Of a DNA stretch of 56,778 bases, positions 16,183 to 24,771 are shown piece by piece. The position numbers and the translations under genes were made by a program. The notes beneath the pieces are model-generated. The model was not told where the DNA came from. It searched no databases and saw nothing but the letters and a program-made list of their open reading frames with translations. Numbering within the stretch: position 1 is the stretch's first letter; the number at the start of each line of letters is the position of its first letter. Origin of the DNA: Candidatus Poribacteria bacterium (GTDB taxonomy: Bacteria; Poribacteria; WGA-4E; WGA-3G); NCBI GenBank assembly GCA_012270875.1, contig JAAXHI010000253.1, positions 1 through 56,778 of the forward strand, in the 5' to 3' direction.

Positions 16183-17319
16183 TTACAGCATCGCAATGAC
16201 TGCTGTGATATCTTGCAAAGATTGGTGCTGTTTGACAAGTGTTGTTCCGAATTGAAGTGCTGCCTTTTCTACACTTAATTTCCGAGAGAGATCAACAATG
16301 CCTTCTATATCTTTGACGTGTGCAGCACCGACGAGACGGCGCAGCATTTCCAGTCCGGCGAATCCGATAGCATCGTGGAAGATGTTTTGTAATATTTGTG
16401 CTTCCAGTTTGCTATCATCTAATTTGAACTCAGCCGTATAGGTATGCCATATTTGCACAATCGCCGTTTGAAGTGCGGATTGTACATGCGAAGTATCTTG
16501 ATGCGAAAAAAAGGACAAGAGGTAGTTTGCCCAATATAGTCCGATGTCAAATCCTACGGGACCATAAAAGGCAAATTCGGCATCAATAACTTTGGCTGTA
16601 TCGTCTTGGACGAGGACGCTGCCTGTATGTAGGTCGCCGTGGGTTACGCCTTGCTGCGCTGTTAGAAAAATGTGTTTGAGATGCCCCACTTGCTGAAAAA
16701 AGTCGGTATCTGCTTTTAACTGTTGGACATCGGGTTCTAATCCCGGGGTCCAGAAGTTTGTCTCATGCTCGGTAAACGGGAAGGTGAACACGTAATCGGC
16801 AGTGATCGACTGCATAGTAGTGTTCGCAAATTGCTGTTTATAGTGCTGTGCAGTCGTTTTTGGTACGTTATCCACATAGGTTTGGCTATGTACAATGCCC
16901 ATAAACCGCCCGACCTGTTCGGAGATAGCGGTGTCTACCTTGCCAGCAATCAGATCATCCCGTAGCACGTTTGCGTCTCGGAGGTCTTCCATCGCTATGA
17001 CGGGCACCGCCTCATCAAAATCGTATTGTGCAGGCACGGTGCCGCTTACCAACTGATTGTAGACCTCAAGGGCGCGAGATTCATAGGTCAAGCGTTCCGT
17101 GGAGAGTGGGTAATCGGGTCCCAATATCTTAATATAGGGCGGTGCGTGCTTCAAGACAAGCGAACGGTCTGGATGTGCGCTATCCGAGACGCGATAGACC
17201 GTATTGAGGTTCCCATCCCCAATTTCTTCTATGTGGAGCGGGACCTCCGGTTCAAACATGCGAATTTTTTCACGGCGTTGATGCAGGTAGTCCGGCAGCG
17301 TGGCAAGATTGAGTTCCAT
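16183..17319 (-). CDS. mtnK: S-methyl-5-thioribose kinase
   Basis: EIGDGNLNTVYRV, THGDLHTGSV, VIDAEFAFYGPVGFDIG and AIGFAGLEMLRR are collinear with Bacillus MtnK. Confidence 0.85.
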   Translation of the reverse strand: MELNLATLPDYLHQRREKIRMFEPEVPLHIEEIGDGNLNTVYRVSDSAHPDRSLVLKHAPPYIKILGPDYPLSTERLTYESRALEVYNQLVSGTVPAQYDFDEAVPVIAMEDLRDANVLRDDLIAGKVDTAISEQVGRFMGIVHSQTYVDNVPKTTAQHYKQQFANTTMQSITADYVFTFPFTEHETNFWTPGLEPDVQQLKADTDFFQQVGHLKHIFLTAQQGVTHGDLHTGSVLVQDDTAKVIDAEFAFYGPVGFDIGLYWANYLLSFFSHQDTSHVQSALQTAIVQIWHTYTAEFKLDDSKLEAQILQNIFHDAIGFAGLEMLRRLVGAAHVKDIEGIVDLSRKLSVEKAALQFGTTLVKQHQSLQDITAVIAML

Positions 17320-17334
17320 ATATCCTTAGCAGCG

Positions 17335-18333
17335 TTACAGCAGATTTTCGGCGATTTGGATAGCATTCAAGGCGGCACCTTTGCGGAGGTTATCCGCGAC
17401 TACCCAGAGGTTCAAACCGTTTTCTATGGACGCATCATCTCGAATCCGACCTACATAAACGTCATCTTTACCAGCGACATCAACGGCAAGTGGATACTGC
17501 TGATTGTTCGGATCGTCCACAAGTTTTACACCGGGTGCATCCGCAAGGCACTCTCTGGCTTCATCTGCAGTGAGTTTCTTGTGAGTTTCGATATTTATTG
17601 ATTCGGAATGTGCGAAAAAGACTGGAACTCGAACGGTTGTCGCGGAAATGCCGATTGTATCGTCGTTGAGTATTTTCCGCGTCTCATTGATCATTTTGAC
17701 TTCTTCTTCGTTGTCGCCACTATCTAAGAAGGGCCAATCAAAAGCGACGTTGAATGCCATCTGGTGTGGGAATTTATCCAAAGTGATCGGTTTGCCTTCG
17801 AGGGCTTCGGTCGTTTGTTGGACGAGTTCCATGACAGCGCGCCCACTTTTACCAGAGACGCTCTGATAGGTGGAGACAACGATCCGTTTGATGCCAGCGG
17901 TATCATAAATGGGTTTAAGTGCCACCATCATTTGGATAGTGGAGCAATTGGGGTTAGCGATAAGCCCGTTGTGGGTACGTGCGGCATCCATATTGACTTC
18001 TGGGACAACTAAGGGTGTGGTTGCGTCCATACGGAATGCACTGGTATTGTCAATGACGAGTGCGCCTTTTTCTACAGCTGAGGGGATGAATTCGCGACTG
18101 ACGGATGCACCAGCTGATGAAAACACAACATCTACGTCTTCAAACGAGTTGTGTGTTAATTCCTCAACGACAATAGGGTCATTTTTGAACGACAAAATTT
18201 CACCAGCGGAGCGATGCGATGCCAGAAGCTTTAGGGAAGCCATAGGAAATGACCGTTCTTCGAGAAGTTGCAACATAGTATTTCCAACAGCACCCGTCGC
18301 GCCGACAACCGCTACACGATAACTCTCACGCAT
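17335..18333 (-). CDS. asd: Aspartate-semialdehyde dehydrogenase
   Basis: VAVVGATGAVG is the NAD(P) fold. The active-site motif NPNCSTIQM is present, along with SVSGKSGRA. Confidence 0.95.
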   Translation of the reverse strand: MRESYRVAVVGATGAVGNTMLQLLEERSFPMASLKLLASHRSAGEILSFKNDPIVVEELTHNSFEDVDVVFSSAGASVSREFIPSAVEKGALVIDNTSAFRMDATTPLVVPEVNMDAARTHNGLIANPNCSTIQMMVALKPIYDTAGIKRIVVSTYQSVSGKSGRAVMELVQQTTEALEGKPITLDKFPHQMAFNVAFDWPFLDSGDNEEEVKMINETRKILNDDTIGISATTVRVPVFFAHSESINIETHKKLTADEARECLADAPGVKLVDDPNNQQYPLAVDVAGKDDVYVGRIRDDASIENGLNLWVVADNLRKGAALNAIQIAENLL

Positions 18334-18402
18334 TTCTGATATTTTCCTCTATTCTGCTGTTATGACGATTTAAAAATTAATTCGGTAATTTATTGGCGAA
18401 AC

Positions 18403-18436
18403 TCGGTGTGGTTCCTTATTCGGTGTGGTTCCTTAT
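18403..18436. repeat. Perfect 2 x 17-bp tandem repeat (tcggtgtggttccttat) in the asd upstream leader
   Basis: Read directly from the sequence. Confidence 0.9.
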
Positions 18437-18643
18437 GAGGAAACACCCAAGCAAAAACACCGCATCTATCGGGACCTGGGGAAAATCGGAATTACCGATT
18501 TAAATAATAATGAAACTTCATCAAGCAGAATCGTTTGTTAAGATTTAATTTATAATTTTACCACAAACCTACCATTTAGAGCAAATATTTCGGTGGTGTC
18601 TAACGTTCTGTAATGAAAAATTAACTGTTTTAGGAGAAAAAAC

Positions 18644-18672
18644 TTGACAAATTGCGTGATGTATGGTATTAA
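18644..18672 (+). promoter_or_regulatory. Sigma-70-type promoter P1 with no downstream ORF
   Basis: TTGACA, 17 nt, TATTAA. Confidence 0.45.
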
Positions 18673-18749
18673 TTTTAACACTCCCCGTCAAATCCGCATG
18701 CTTTAGTTTGTGGGATGTAGACAGCGAAGGGCGTGATAGAAAAATAAAC

Positions 18750-18778
18750 TTGACCTTCGTCGAAAAAAGTTGTATAAT
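18750..18778 (+). promoter_or_regulatory. Near-consensus sigma-70 promoter P2 with no downstream ORF (candidate sRNA promoter)
   Basis: TTGACC, 17 nt, TATAAT. A GGATAGGA...TCCTATCC hairpin follows, and a T8 run lies about 200 nt downstream (18980-18987). Confidence 0.5.
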
Positions 18779-19277
18779 ATCTCTAACTTGCTGGATAGGA
18801 ATACGATCTCTGCTAATCTCTGGCAGAGTCCTATCCTTACCAGTCGTATGGTATGTGGCGAGTTGCAAGTCTCTCACTGCGAGGCACTTGTAAAACATCT
18901 ATTATTCGGTGTCGTTGATGTAAGACGGAAAGTGGAGTAATACCCCTTACGCCTTGTATCGGCACCCTTGTATTATTTATTTTTTTTGTAGGCTGGGGTA
19001 CCCAGGACAAGAATGCCTGATAAAACCGATCTGATTCGGAATAATAGCCTACTGGTGGAGCGACAATAAGACGGTAGACTCTTAGAGAAAACCGCAATCG
19101 CTATGAAGCCGAAGCCCCTACCTTTAGGTAGTGGGTGGTATCACAAGATAGACGTATTATGTCAAGGTCCCTTTATTAGATATACTTCTTTTTCTTTTTC
19201 TAATAAAGACGTGTAGGTTGAACTGGTGCCTATAATTTATTAATTTCGGCTAATTTTTAGCATTAGTCAGATTTTTC

Positions 19278-19306
19278 TTGACATATCTATATCTGTATAG
19301 TATAAT
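19278..19306 (+). promoter_or_regulatory. Consensus sigma-70 promoter for the HU gene
   Basis: TTGACA, 17 nt, TATAAT, located about 120 nt upstream of the HU ATG. Confidence 0.7.
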
Positions 19307-19430
19307 ATAATTACTATTAGTTTTTTGTTAAATCCATTTTATGTTTGAGGTCGGAAGGCAGCGGTTTCCAGATTCGCGAAAGCGCGCAATGTTTTCTTAC
19401 TTCAGACAAAAAATTAGAGGAACATTTGAC

Positions 19431-19712
19431 ATGGCAAAATTAATGAAGAGTGATGTCGTTGACAGCGTCGTTGAAGCAACAGGCCTCAGCAAGAAAGATG
19501 CGAATGCCGCTGTTGACGCTTTTGCTGCAACTATTTGCGAAGCTTTGAGTAACGGCGATTCCGTCGGTCTAATCGGTTTTGGAACGTTTGAAGCCAAACG
19601 CCGCCCTGCCCGTACAGGTCGCAACCCCCAGACTGGTGACCCGCTTAACATTCCGGCGAAAACGGTTCCTGTTTTCAAAGCTGGTAAGAAACTTCGCGAC
19701 GCTGCCTCTTAG
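19431..19712 (+). CDS. hup: Nucleoid-associated DNA-binding protein HU
   Basis: MAKLMKSDVVDSV...GFGTFEAKRRPARTGRNPQTGDPLNIPAKTVPVFKAGKKLRD. The start is set at the ATG at 19431 with an AGAGGA RBS. The upstream extension of the tracked ORF is not HU-like. Confidence 0.95.
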   Translation: MAKLMKSDVVDSVVEATGLSKKDANAAVDAFAATICEALSNGDSVGLIGFGTFEAKRRPARTGRNPQTGDPLNIPAKTVPVFKAGKKLRDAAS

Positions 19713-19740
19713 GATTAGCGGTTACTTAGCTCAGTTTCTC

Positions 19741-19797
19741 GGAAAAGCCGCGAGGCTATGTCTCGTTTCCGAATCGAGGGATAGCTGCGGCTTTTCC
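19741..19797 (+). terminator. Long imperfect hairpin after the HU gene
   Basis: GGAAAAGCCGC...GCGGCTTTTCC flanks an inner CGAG/CTCG stem. The T-tract is weak. Confidence 0.5.
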
Positions 19798-20077
19798 ACA
19801 TTTATACCCACTCATTGCTGGTGTTGACAATTCAGTGCGTATTGTATAGTTATGATACACGCACAGAAGGATCGTATTTTGCATGAGAAGCGATCAATGC
19901 TCTGATATGCGTGCGATCCGATACTATCCTCGCCATCGGTTCGGTGGAGCGGTAAAATGCCTGTGGAGTCCGTGTAAGCCCCCGCACACGGGGCAGTGGA
20001 CGCTGAAACAGGAACACTAAAACAAGATATGTCCACTTTTGTATAGATGTATCGTGTTTTGAAGGAACAGACTCGTC

Positions 20078-21136
20078 ATGTTAATCCGCACGAGAGCCCC
20101 AGTCCGCATCGATTTTGCTGGTGGGTGGAGCGACGTTGCCCTCTTCACCGAAGCTTCAAAGGGTCTCGTCGTTAATGGTGCTATTAACCGATACGCTTAT
20201 GCAACCCTCCGCTGCGAACGCCAGATGGCGCAAGATGATTCCGTTGCGCTGCAACGGATTTTGGACAAAAGCATACGTATCTACTCTGCGGATTTCGATA
20301 CCTTTATTGAAGCGGACGATGTACGTCAGCTCGAATATGACGGAAACATTGATTTGGTGAAGGCGGCAGTGCGGCGAATGTCCATACAGATCGGGGGTTT
20401 TGACCTGATCACGCAGTCCACCGCGCCGCCCGGTAGCGGATTAGGGACTTCGGCATCAATGGGTGTAGCCCTCGTCGGCGCGCTTGGCGCGCTTAAGGAA
20501 GCGACGTACTTGCCATACGAATACGCTGAGCTCGCGAGTACTATCGAACGTCATGAGCTCGGAATACTCGGCGGAAAACAGGACCATTACGCAAGCGCGA
20601 TTGGTGGCATCCACTTTATGGAGTTTCAGGGTGAAGAGGTGAAAACCTCACCTTTGAGATTCCCGCCATACATCCGCTATGAACTTGAAAAGAACCTTGT
20701 CCTCTGTTACACTGGTAAATCCCGGCTCTCTGGCAATATACATCAAAATGTTACCGATGCCTATAAAAGCGGTCAGCCGAGTGTTCGTGAAGCATTGGAA
20801 GCCCTCAAATCGACCGCCGAAGCAACGAAAATCGCGTTGATGCGTGGCCGCCTAACCGAGTTCGGCGAACTCCTCACCCAAAATTGGCACAATCAGAAAA
20901 AGTTGCATCCCTCTGTTACAAATGAGCAGATCGAATCTCTCTTTAAAATTGCGATGACGCATGGCGCGATTGGCGGGAAAGCTTGTGGCGCAGGCGGCGG
21001 TGGATGTCTTCTGTTTTACTGCGAACCGACACGCGAACACAATGTTCGCCAAAAACTCGAAGACGCAGGGGCTAGCATTATAGATGTCAACTTCGATTTC
21101 GATGGACTTCAAATGTGGAAAGTTTCAAACGATTAA
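20078..21136 (+). CDS. GHMP-family sugar kinase (HddA / fucokinase-like)
   Basis: RIDFAGGWSDV is present. The GHMP motif II is PPGSGLGTSASMG, and the C-terminus has GGKACGAGGGGCLLFY. Confidence 0.85.
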   Translation: MLIRTRAPVRIDFAGGWSDVALFTEASKGLVVNGAINRYAYATLRCERQMAQDDSVALQRILDKSIRIYSADFDTFIEADDVRQLEYDGNIDLVKAAVRRMSIQIGGFDLITQSTAPPGSGLGTSASMGVALVGALGALKEATYLPYEYAELASTIERHELGILGGKQDHYASAIGGIHFMEFQGEEVKTSPLRFPPYIRYELEKNLVLCYTGKSRLSGNIHQNVTDAYKSGQPSVREALEALKSTAEATKIALMRGRLTEFGELLTQNWHNQKKLHPSVTNEQIESLFKIAMTHGAIGGKACGAGGGGCLLFYCEPTREHNVRQKLEDAGASIIDVNFDFDGLQMWKVSND

Positions 21137-21144
21137 ATTAAAAT

Positions 21145-22164
21145 ATGGAAAATAACACACATACCCCGCAAGCCACCACTGATATGGAAGCCGCTGAAAC
21201 TCTGAAAACGGCAAGAGAAAATATTTTAGGAGAACTCAAAAAGCGAATCATCGGGCAGAACGAGGTAATAGAACAACTCCTCATTGCGCTTTTCTCACAG
21301 GGACATTGCTTATTGGTAGGTGTACCAGGGTTAGCGAAGACGCTACTAATTAGCACGTTTGCCGAGATTCTTGAACTTCCTTTCAACCGCATCCAATTTA
21401 CACCAGACCTGATGCCATCTGACATCATCGGCACCGATATTATTGAGGAAGGCGAAGCCGGAAAACGCGCCTTTCGATTTATCAAAGGGCCGGTCTTCGC
21501 GAATATCGTCCTCGCCGATGAGATCAATCGAACGCCGCCTAAAACGCAAGCCGCGCTCTTACAAGCTATGCAGGAATATAAGGTCACCGCAGGCGGTAGA
21601 ACATACGCTTTGGAACGTCCGTTTTTTGTGTTGGCGACACAGAATCCGATTGAGCAGGAGGGGACGTATCCGTTACCTGAAGCACAACTTGACCGGTTTA
21701 TGTTTCATATCACAATTGATTATCCCGACAAAGATGCCGAAAAAGAGATCGTGATGACGACAACCGCGGCTTATGAACCGGAGATAAAAGCCGTTATCAC
21801 AGGCGAAGAAGTGCTACAGATACAACAGACAGTCCGAAAAGTTCCGATTGCGGAAGCGATTGTAGATTATGCCGTGGAATTGAATCGACAGACACGTCCT
21901 ACAGCCGATGCGCTTGATTTTATTCAGGATTGGGTGCAATGGGGTGCCGGCCCGAGGGCATCACAATATCTTGTGCTCGGTGCAAAGGCACGTGCGATCC
22001 TCAACGGACGCTATCATGTCGCTTATGAGGATATCAAGGCGGTCGCGGCACCGGTACTCCGACACCGAATTTTGACCAATTTCAATGCGGAAGCCGACGG
22101 TATCACAAGTCTGGACATTATCAATAGATTGTTGGAAAACGTTGAACCGCCAGCGGTGCAATAA
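21145..22164 (+). CDS. moxR: MoxR-family AAA+ ATPase
   Basis: The Walker A region is GHCLLVGVPGLAKT and the Walker B region is VLADEINR. FFVLATQNPIEQEGTYPLPEAQLDRF is also present. Confidence 0.95.
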   Translation: MENNTHTPQATTDMEAAETLKTARENILGELKKRIIGQNEVIEQLLIALFSQGHCLLVGVPGLAKTLLISTFAEILELPFNRIQFTPDLMPSDIIGTDIIEEGEAGKRAFRFIKGPVFANIVLADEINRTPPKTQAALLQAMQEYKVTAGGRTYALERPFFVLATQNPIEQEGTYPLPEAQLDRFMFHITIDYPDKDAEKEIVMTTTAAYEPEIKAVITGEEVLQIQQTVRKVPIAEAIVDYAVELNRQTRPTADALDFIQDWVQWGAGPRASQYLVLGAKARAILNGRYHVAYEDIKAVAAPVLRHRILTNFNAEADGITSLDIINRLLENVEPPAVQ

Positions 22165-22184
22165 GTGGACGGAGTATCAGAACA

Positions 22185-22404
22185 ATGCGTACGATTGACA
22201 CTTTTAGGGTGGATAAGGAAGCGTTCTCTGTGCTATCCTCTTTTGAAGAAGCCGATGCAGTTGATAAAGCCTATTCGCATTCTAAAACTTTCTTCGATCC
22301 GTATGACAGCCCTCGAATTAATGCGGCAGATCAACTATGGCTACGATCCAACTACCGAACGACTTCAAAGAGTTCTTGAAGTTGCTGAATTCACACCAAG
22401 TTGA
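22185..22404 (+). pseudogene. Small conserved protein split by a 1-nt frameshift (or assembly error)
   Basis: Frame A reads MRTIDTFRVDKEAFSVLSSFEEADAVDKAYSHSKT. Frame B continues ..SIRMTALELMRQINYGYDPTTERLQRVLEVAEFTPS. The junction is near 22285-22300. Confidence 0.4.
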
Positions 22405-22485
22405 GTACCTTCTCATCATTTGTCGCGAGTTTATAACCAACTGAGTGTAAGATAATTGACCGGTGAGGAGACCGAAATACGAGAG

Positions 22486-23865
22486 ATGAAAATTGCAATC
22501 ATAGGGACAGGATACGTCGGTTTGACCACAGCGGTGGTGCTTTCTTACCTCAATCATGATGTCGCTGCGGTGGATAAAGATGAAAGCAAGTTAACGCTTT
22601 TGCACGAAGGGAAAAGCCCGATCCATGAACCCGGCATCCAGAGCCTTCTTGAAGAGGTCTGGCACACGATCCGTTTCACATCCAGCGTGGCTGAAGTCGT
22701 CCCGGACGCAGAACTGATTTTGATTGCTGTCGGAACCCCACCGAAGCAGAACGGTGAAGCAGATACGCGACATGTTGAACAAGCCGCGAGAGAAGTTGCA
22801 CAAGTCTGTCTGCCCGATAGACATTATACGCTTGTTGTCAAATCTACAGTTCCGATAGGCACGAATCAGCGTGTTGTTGAAGTTGTGGAGAATATCTTTT
22901 CGGCGCGTGGGATTCGAGGGAACATTTCCGTTGCTTCAAATCCTGAATTCTTGCAGGAGGGATTGGCACTACAAGGTGCTTTCTACCCGGATCGGATTGT
23001 CGTCGGTGCAAACAGTGATGAAGCGATTGATACATTACGCCGTCTCTATCAACCTATTCTTGAACAGACATTTGACCCACCGAGCGAGTTTCCACGACCC
23101 TCCGCTTACCACCTCCCACCGTTGATGACAACGGATCCGAACAGTGCCGAGATGATTAAATATGCCGCGAATACCTTTCTCGCCCTTAAAATTAGTTTTA
23201 TCAACGAGATTGCGGGGCTTTGTGAGGAAGTCGATGCGGACGTAACAGAAGTCGCACGCGGGATCGGGCTTGACGCGCGCATCGGACATCTATTTCTCCG
23301 AGCAGGTCTCGGTTGGGGTGGCAGCTGCTATCCGAAAGACACTGCTGCGTTGTTGGGTGTTGCAGCGCAATCGGGATACAAAATGCCGATCACGGAAGCT
23401 GCGCGCGCCGTTAATTTCCGTCAACGCGAACGTATCGTTGAAAAGTTACGGGGGACGTTGGGAACGCTCAAGGATAAAAGCATCGGTATCTTGGGACTTG
23501 CCTTCAAACCAAACACGGATGACGTTCGCGAAGCACCTGCGCTGGACATTATCCGAGAATTGCTCGCCGAGGGGGCAATTGTTCGCGCACACGACCCGAT
23601 CGCGATGCCAAATGCACGTCGTGCTTTACTCAAAAAAGATAATACCGACAACAACAGATTACATTTTACCGAAGATGTCTACGAACTTGCCTACGATACG
23701 GATGCACTGGTGCTTGTCACCGAATGGGAACCCTATCACAAACTCGAACTCCGTAGGCTCGCGAAGCAGATGAAGACGGCTATTCTTATTGACGGTCGCA
23801 ACGTGTATTCGCCAGAAGAAGCGAAGGCTGCAGGTTTTCACTACATCGGGGTCGGCAGAGCATAG
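22486..23865 (+). CDS. ugd: UDP-glucose 6-dehydrogenase
   Basis: MKIAIIGTGYVGL is the Rossmann start. The catalytic Cys region GWGGSCYPKD is present, along with GLAFKPNTDDVREAPA. Confidence 0.92.
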   Translation: MKIAIIGTGYVGLTTAVVLSYLNHDVAAVDKDESKLTLLHEGKSPIHEPGIQSLLEEVWHTIRFTSSVAEVVPDAELILIAVGTPPKQNGEADTRHVEQAAREVAQVCLPDRHYTLVVKSTVPIGTNQRVVEVVENIFSARGIRGNISVASNPEFLQEGLALQGAFYPDRIVVGANSDEAIDTLRRLYQPILEQTFDPPSEFPRPSAYHLPPLMTTDPNSAEMIKYAANTFLALKISFINEIAGLCEEVDADVTEVARGIGLDARIGHLFLRAGLGWGGSCYPKDTAALLGVAAQSGYKMPITEAARAVNFRQRERIVEKLRGTLGTLKDKSIGILGLAFKPNTDDVREAPALDIIRELLAEGAIVRAHDPIAMPNARRALLKKDNTDNNRLHFTEDVYELAYDTDALVLVTEWEPYHKLELRRLAKQMKTAILIDGRNVYSPEEAKAAGFHYIGVGRA

Positions 23866-23878
23866 ACATCGTATCAAT

Positions 23879-24448
23879 ATGGATACACATAAACAACCCG
23901 AACCTTTTGATGAAGCTTGGCATCGGTACTGCCCACAAAAGTCGTTCCCACCGTATCGCCATATACCGGGTGTTACACCGCACCCAATTCGCGACCCGCT
24001 CGGACATAGTTACGGGATGGAAGAGGCACACGATGCTGAACCGCTGCCCCCGGAATTCTGGCGACAAAACGAGGATTACCTTTACGGTGTGGATCTCTAC
24101 AATTTTGCTTATTGGTGGGAGGCACATGAAGCGTGGGAAGGGTTGTGGCATCAAGCAGAAGATACGTATCGCTTGTTTCTTCAAGGATTAATTCAGGTGT
24201 CCGCATCTTTGATTAAATACCACATGCGGATGTTACGTCCATTGCGCACGCTTTCTACGGCTGGACGCGATAAATTACGGCAGGTTGTGATTGAATGTGA
24301 GGATGCATCGGGTAATTATATGGGACTCAATCTACCCAATTTTTTGGATACTGCCGATGCGTTTTTTGCCCCGTTCTTTGCTGACACTGTTACGGAAACT
24401 ACTTATCATCAGGATTCGGTTAAACCGCTTATACTGCTGAAAGATTAA
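23879..24448 (+). CDS. DUF309 domain protein
   Basis: YLYGVDLYNFAYWWEAHEAWEGLWH...LFLQGLIQVSASLIKYH matches the DUF309 helical pair. The start is at the ATG at 23879. The longer ORF overlaps ugd. Confidence 0.7.
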   Translation: MDTHKQPEPFDEAWHRYCPQKSFPPYRHIPGVTPHPIRDPLGHSYGMEEAHDAEPLPPEFWRQNEDYLYGVDLYNFAYWWEAHEAWEGLWHQAEDTYRLFLQGLIQVSASLIKYHMRMLRPLRTLSTAGRDKLRQVVIECEDASGNYMGLNLPNFLDTADAFFAPFFADTVTETTYHQDSVKPLILLKD

Positions 24449-24470
24449 CGCGCATTTTGAGGAAAGCAAT

Positions 24471-24761
24471 ATGCCAACATTCTTGCCTTTTCTCATCTTT
24501 AGTTGTGTATGTGTTTTCATTGTGGTGGTGTTGTTTGTCCTGTTTAAGATAGGCGCGTATTTCGGCAGGAGCGATGCTGATGAATTCCGAGCGGTTCGGT
24601 GTCCGCAATGCCAGACGCGGCGGAAGCCTGAAAAAACGGGTGAGGTCAGAAACCTCGTTGAACTTGAGATGCGCTGTCCGCGCTGCGGGTACATCTCATG
24701 GGATATTCCACCGAAGACGAACCTCTCCACACGTCCGACCGATCGAGACAACATGATGTGA
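24471..24761 (+). CDS. Small membrane-anchored zinc-ribbon protein
   Basis: It has an N-terminal TM helix. Two CxxC pairs follow, CPQCQ...CPRCGY. A GAGGAAAG RBS is present. Confidence 0.5.
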   Translation: MPTFLPFLIFSCVCVFIVVVLFVLFKIGAYFGRSDADEFRAVRCPQCQTRRKPEKTGEVRNLVELEMRCPRCGYISWDIPPKTNLSTRPTDRDNMM

Positions 24762-24771
24762 AGAGTCGCTC

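Noticed and set aside
19053-19061. TGGTGGAGC, the reverse complement of the GCUCCACCA 3' end typical of tmRNA and some tRNAs, suggested a minus-strand tmRNA in the asd-HU gap.
   Set aside because: The adjacent minus-strand sequence has no T-arm (GGTTCGAATCC-like). There is also no matching 5' acceptor strand and no tag-peptide ORF.
19341-19430. A 30-codon N-terminal extension of the HU ORF (MFEVGRQRFPDSRKRAMFSYFRQKIRGTFD).
   Set aside because: HU proteins start at MAK/MNK. An AGAGGA RBS precedes the internal ATG at 19431. The extension also starts within about 35 nt of the consensus promoter.
19824-20077. A ~230-nt leader upstream of the GHMP kinase gene, with hairpins such as CCCCGCACACGGGG, examined as a possible riboswitch.
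   Set aside because: I could not match conserved cores of the cobalamin, fluoride, c-di-GMP, ZTP, SAM or TPP classes from memory. The candidate promoter also has poor spacing. An Infernal scan would be needed before making any claim.
20885-20907. TGGCAC ... TTGCA resembling a sigma-54 promoter.
   Set aside because: The spacer is 12 nt instead of 5, and the motif lies inside the GHMP kinase coding region.
21145-22404. The expected MoxR-DUF58 operon pairing.
   Set aside because: The gene after moxR is not DUF58-like. The only DUF58 gene is 20 kb away at 31-936, so no functional linkage can be claimed from this window.
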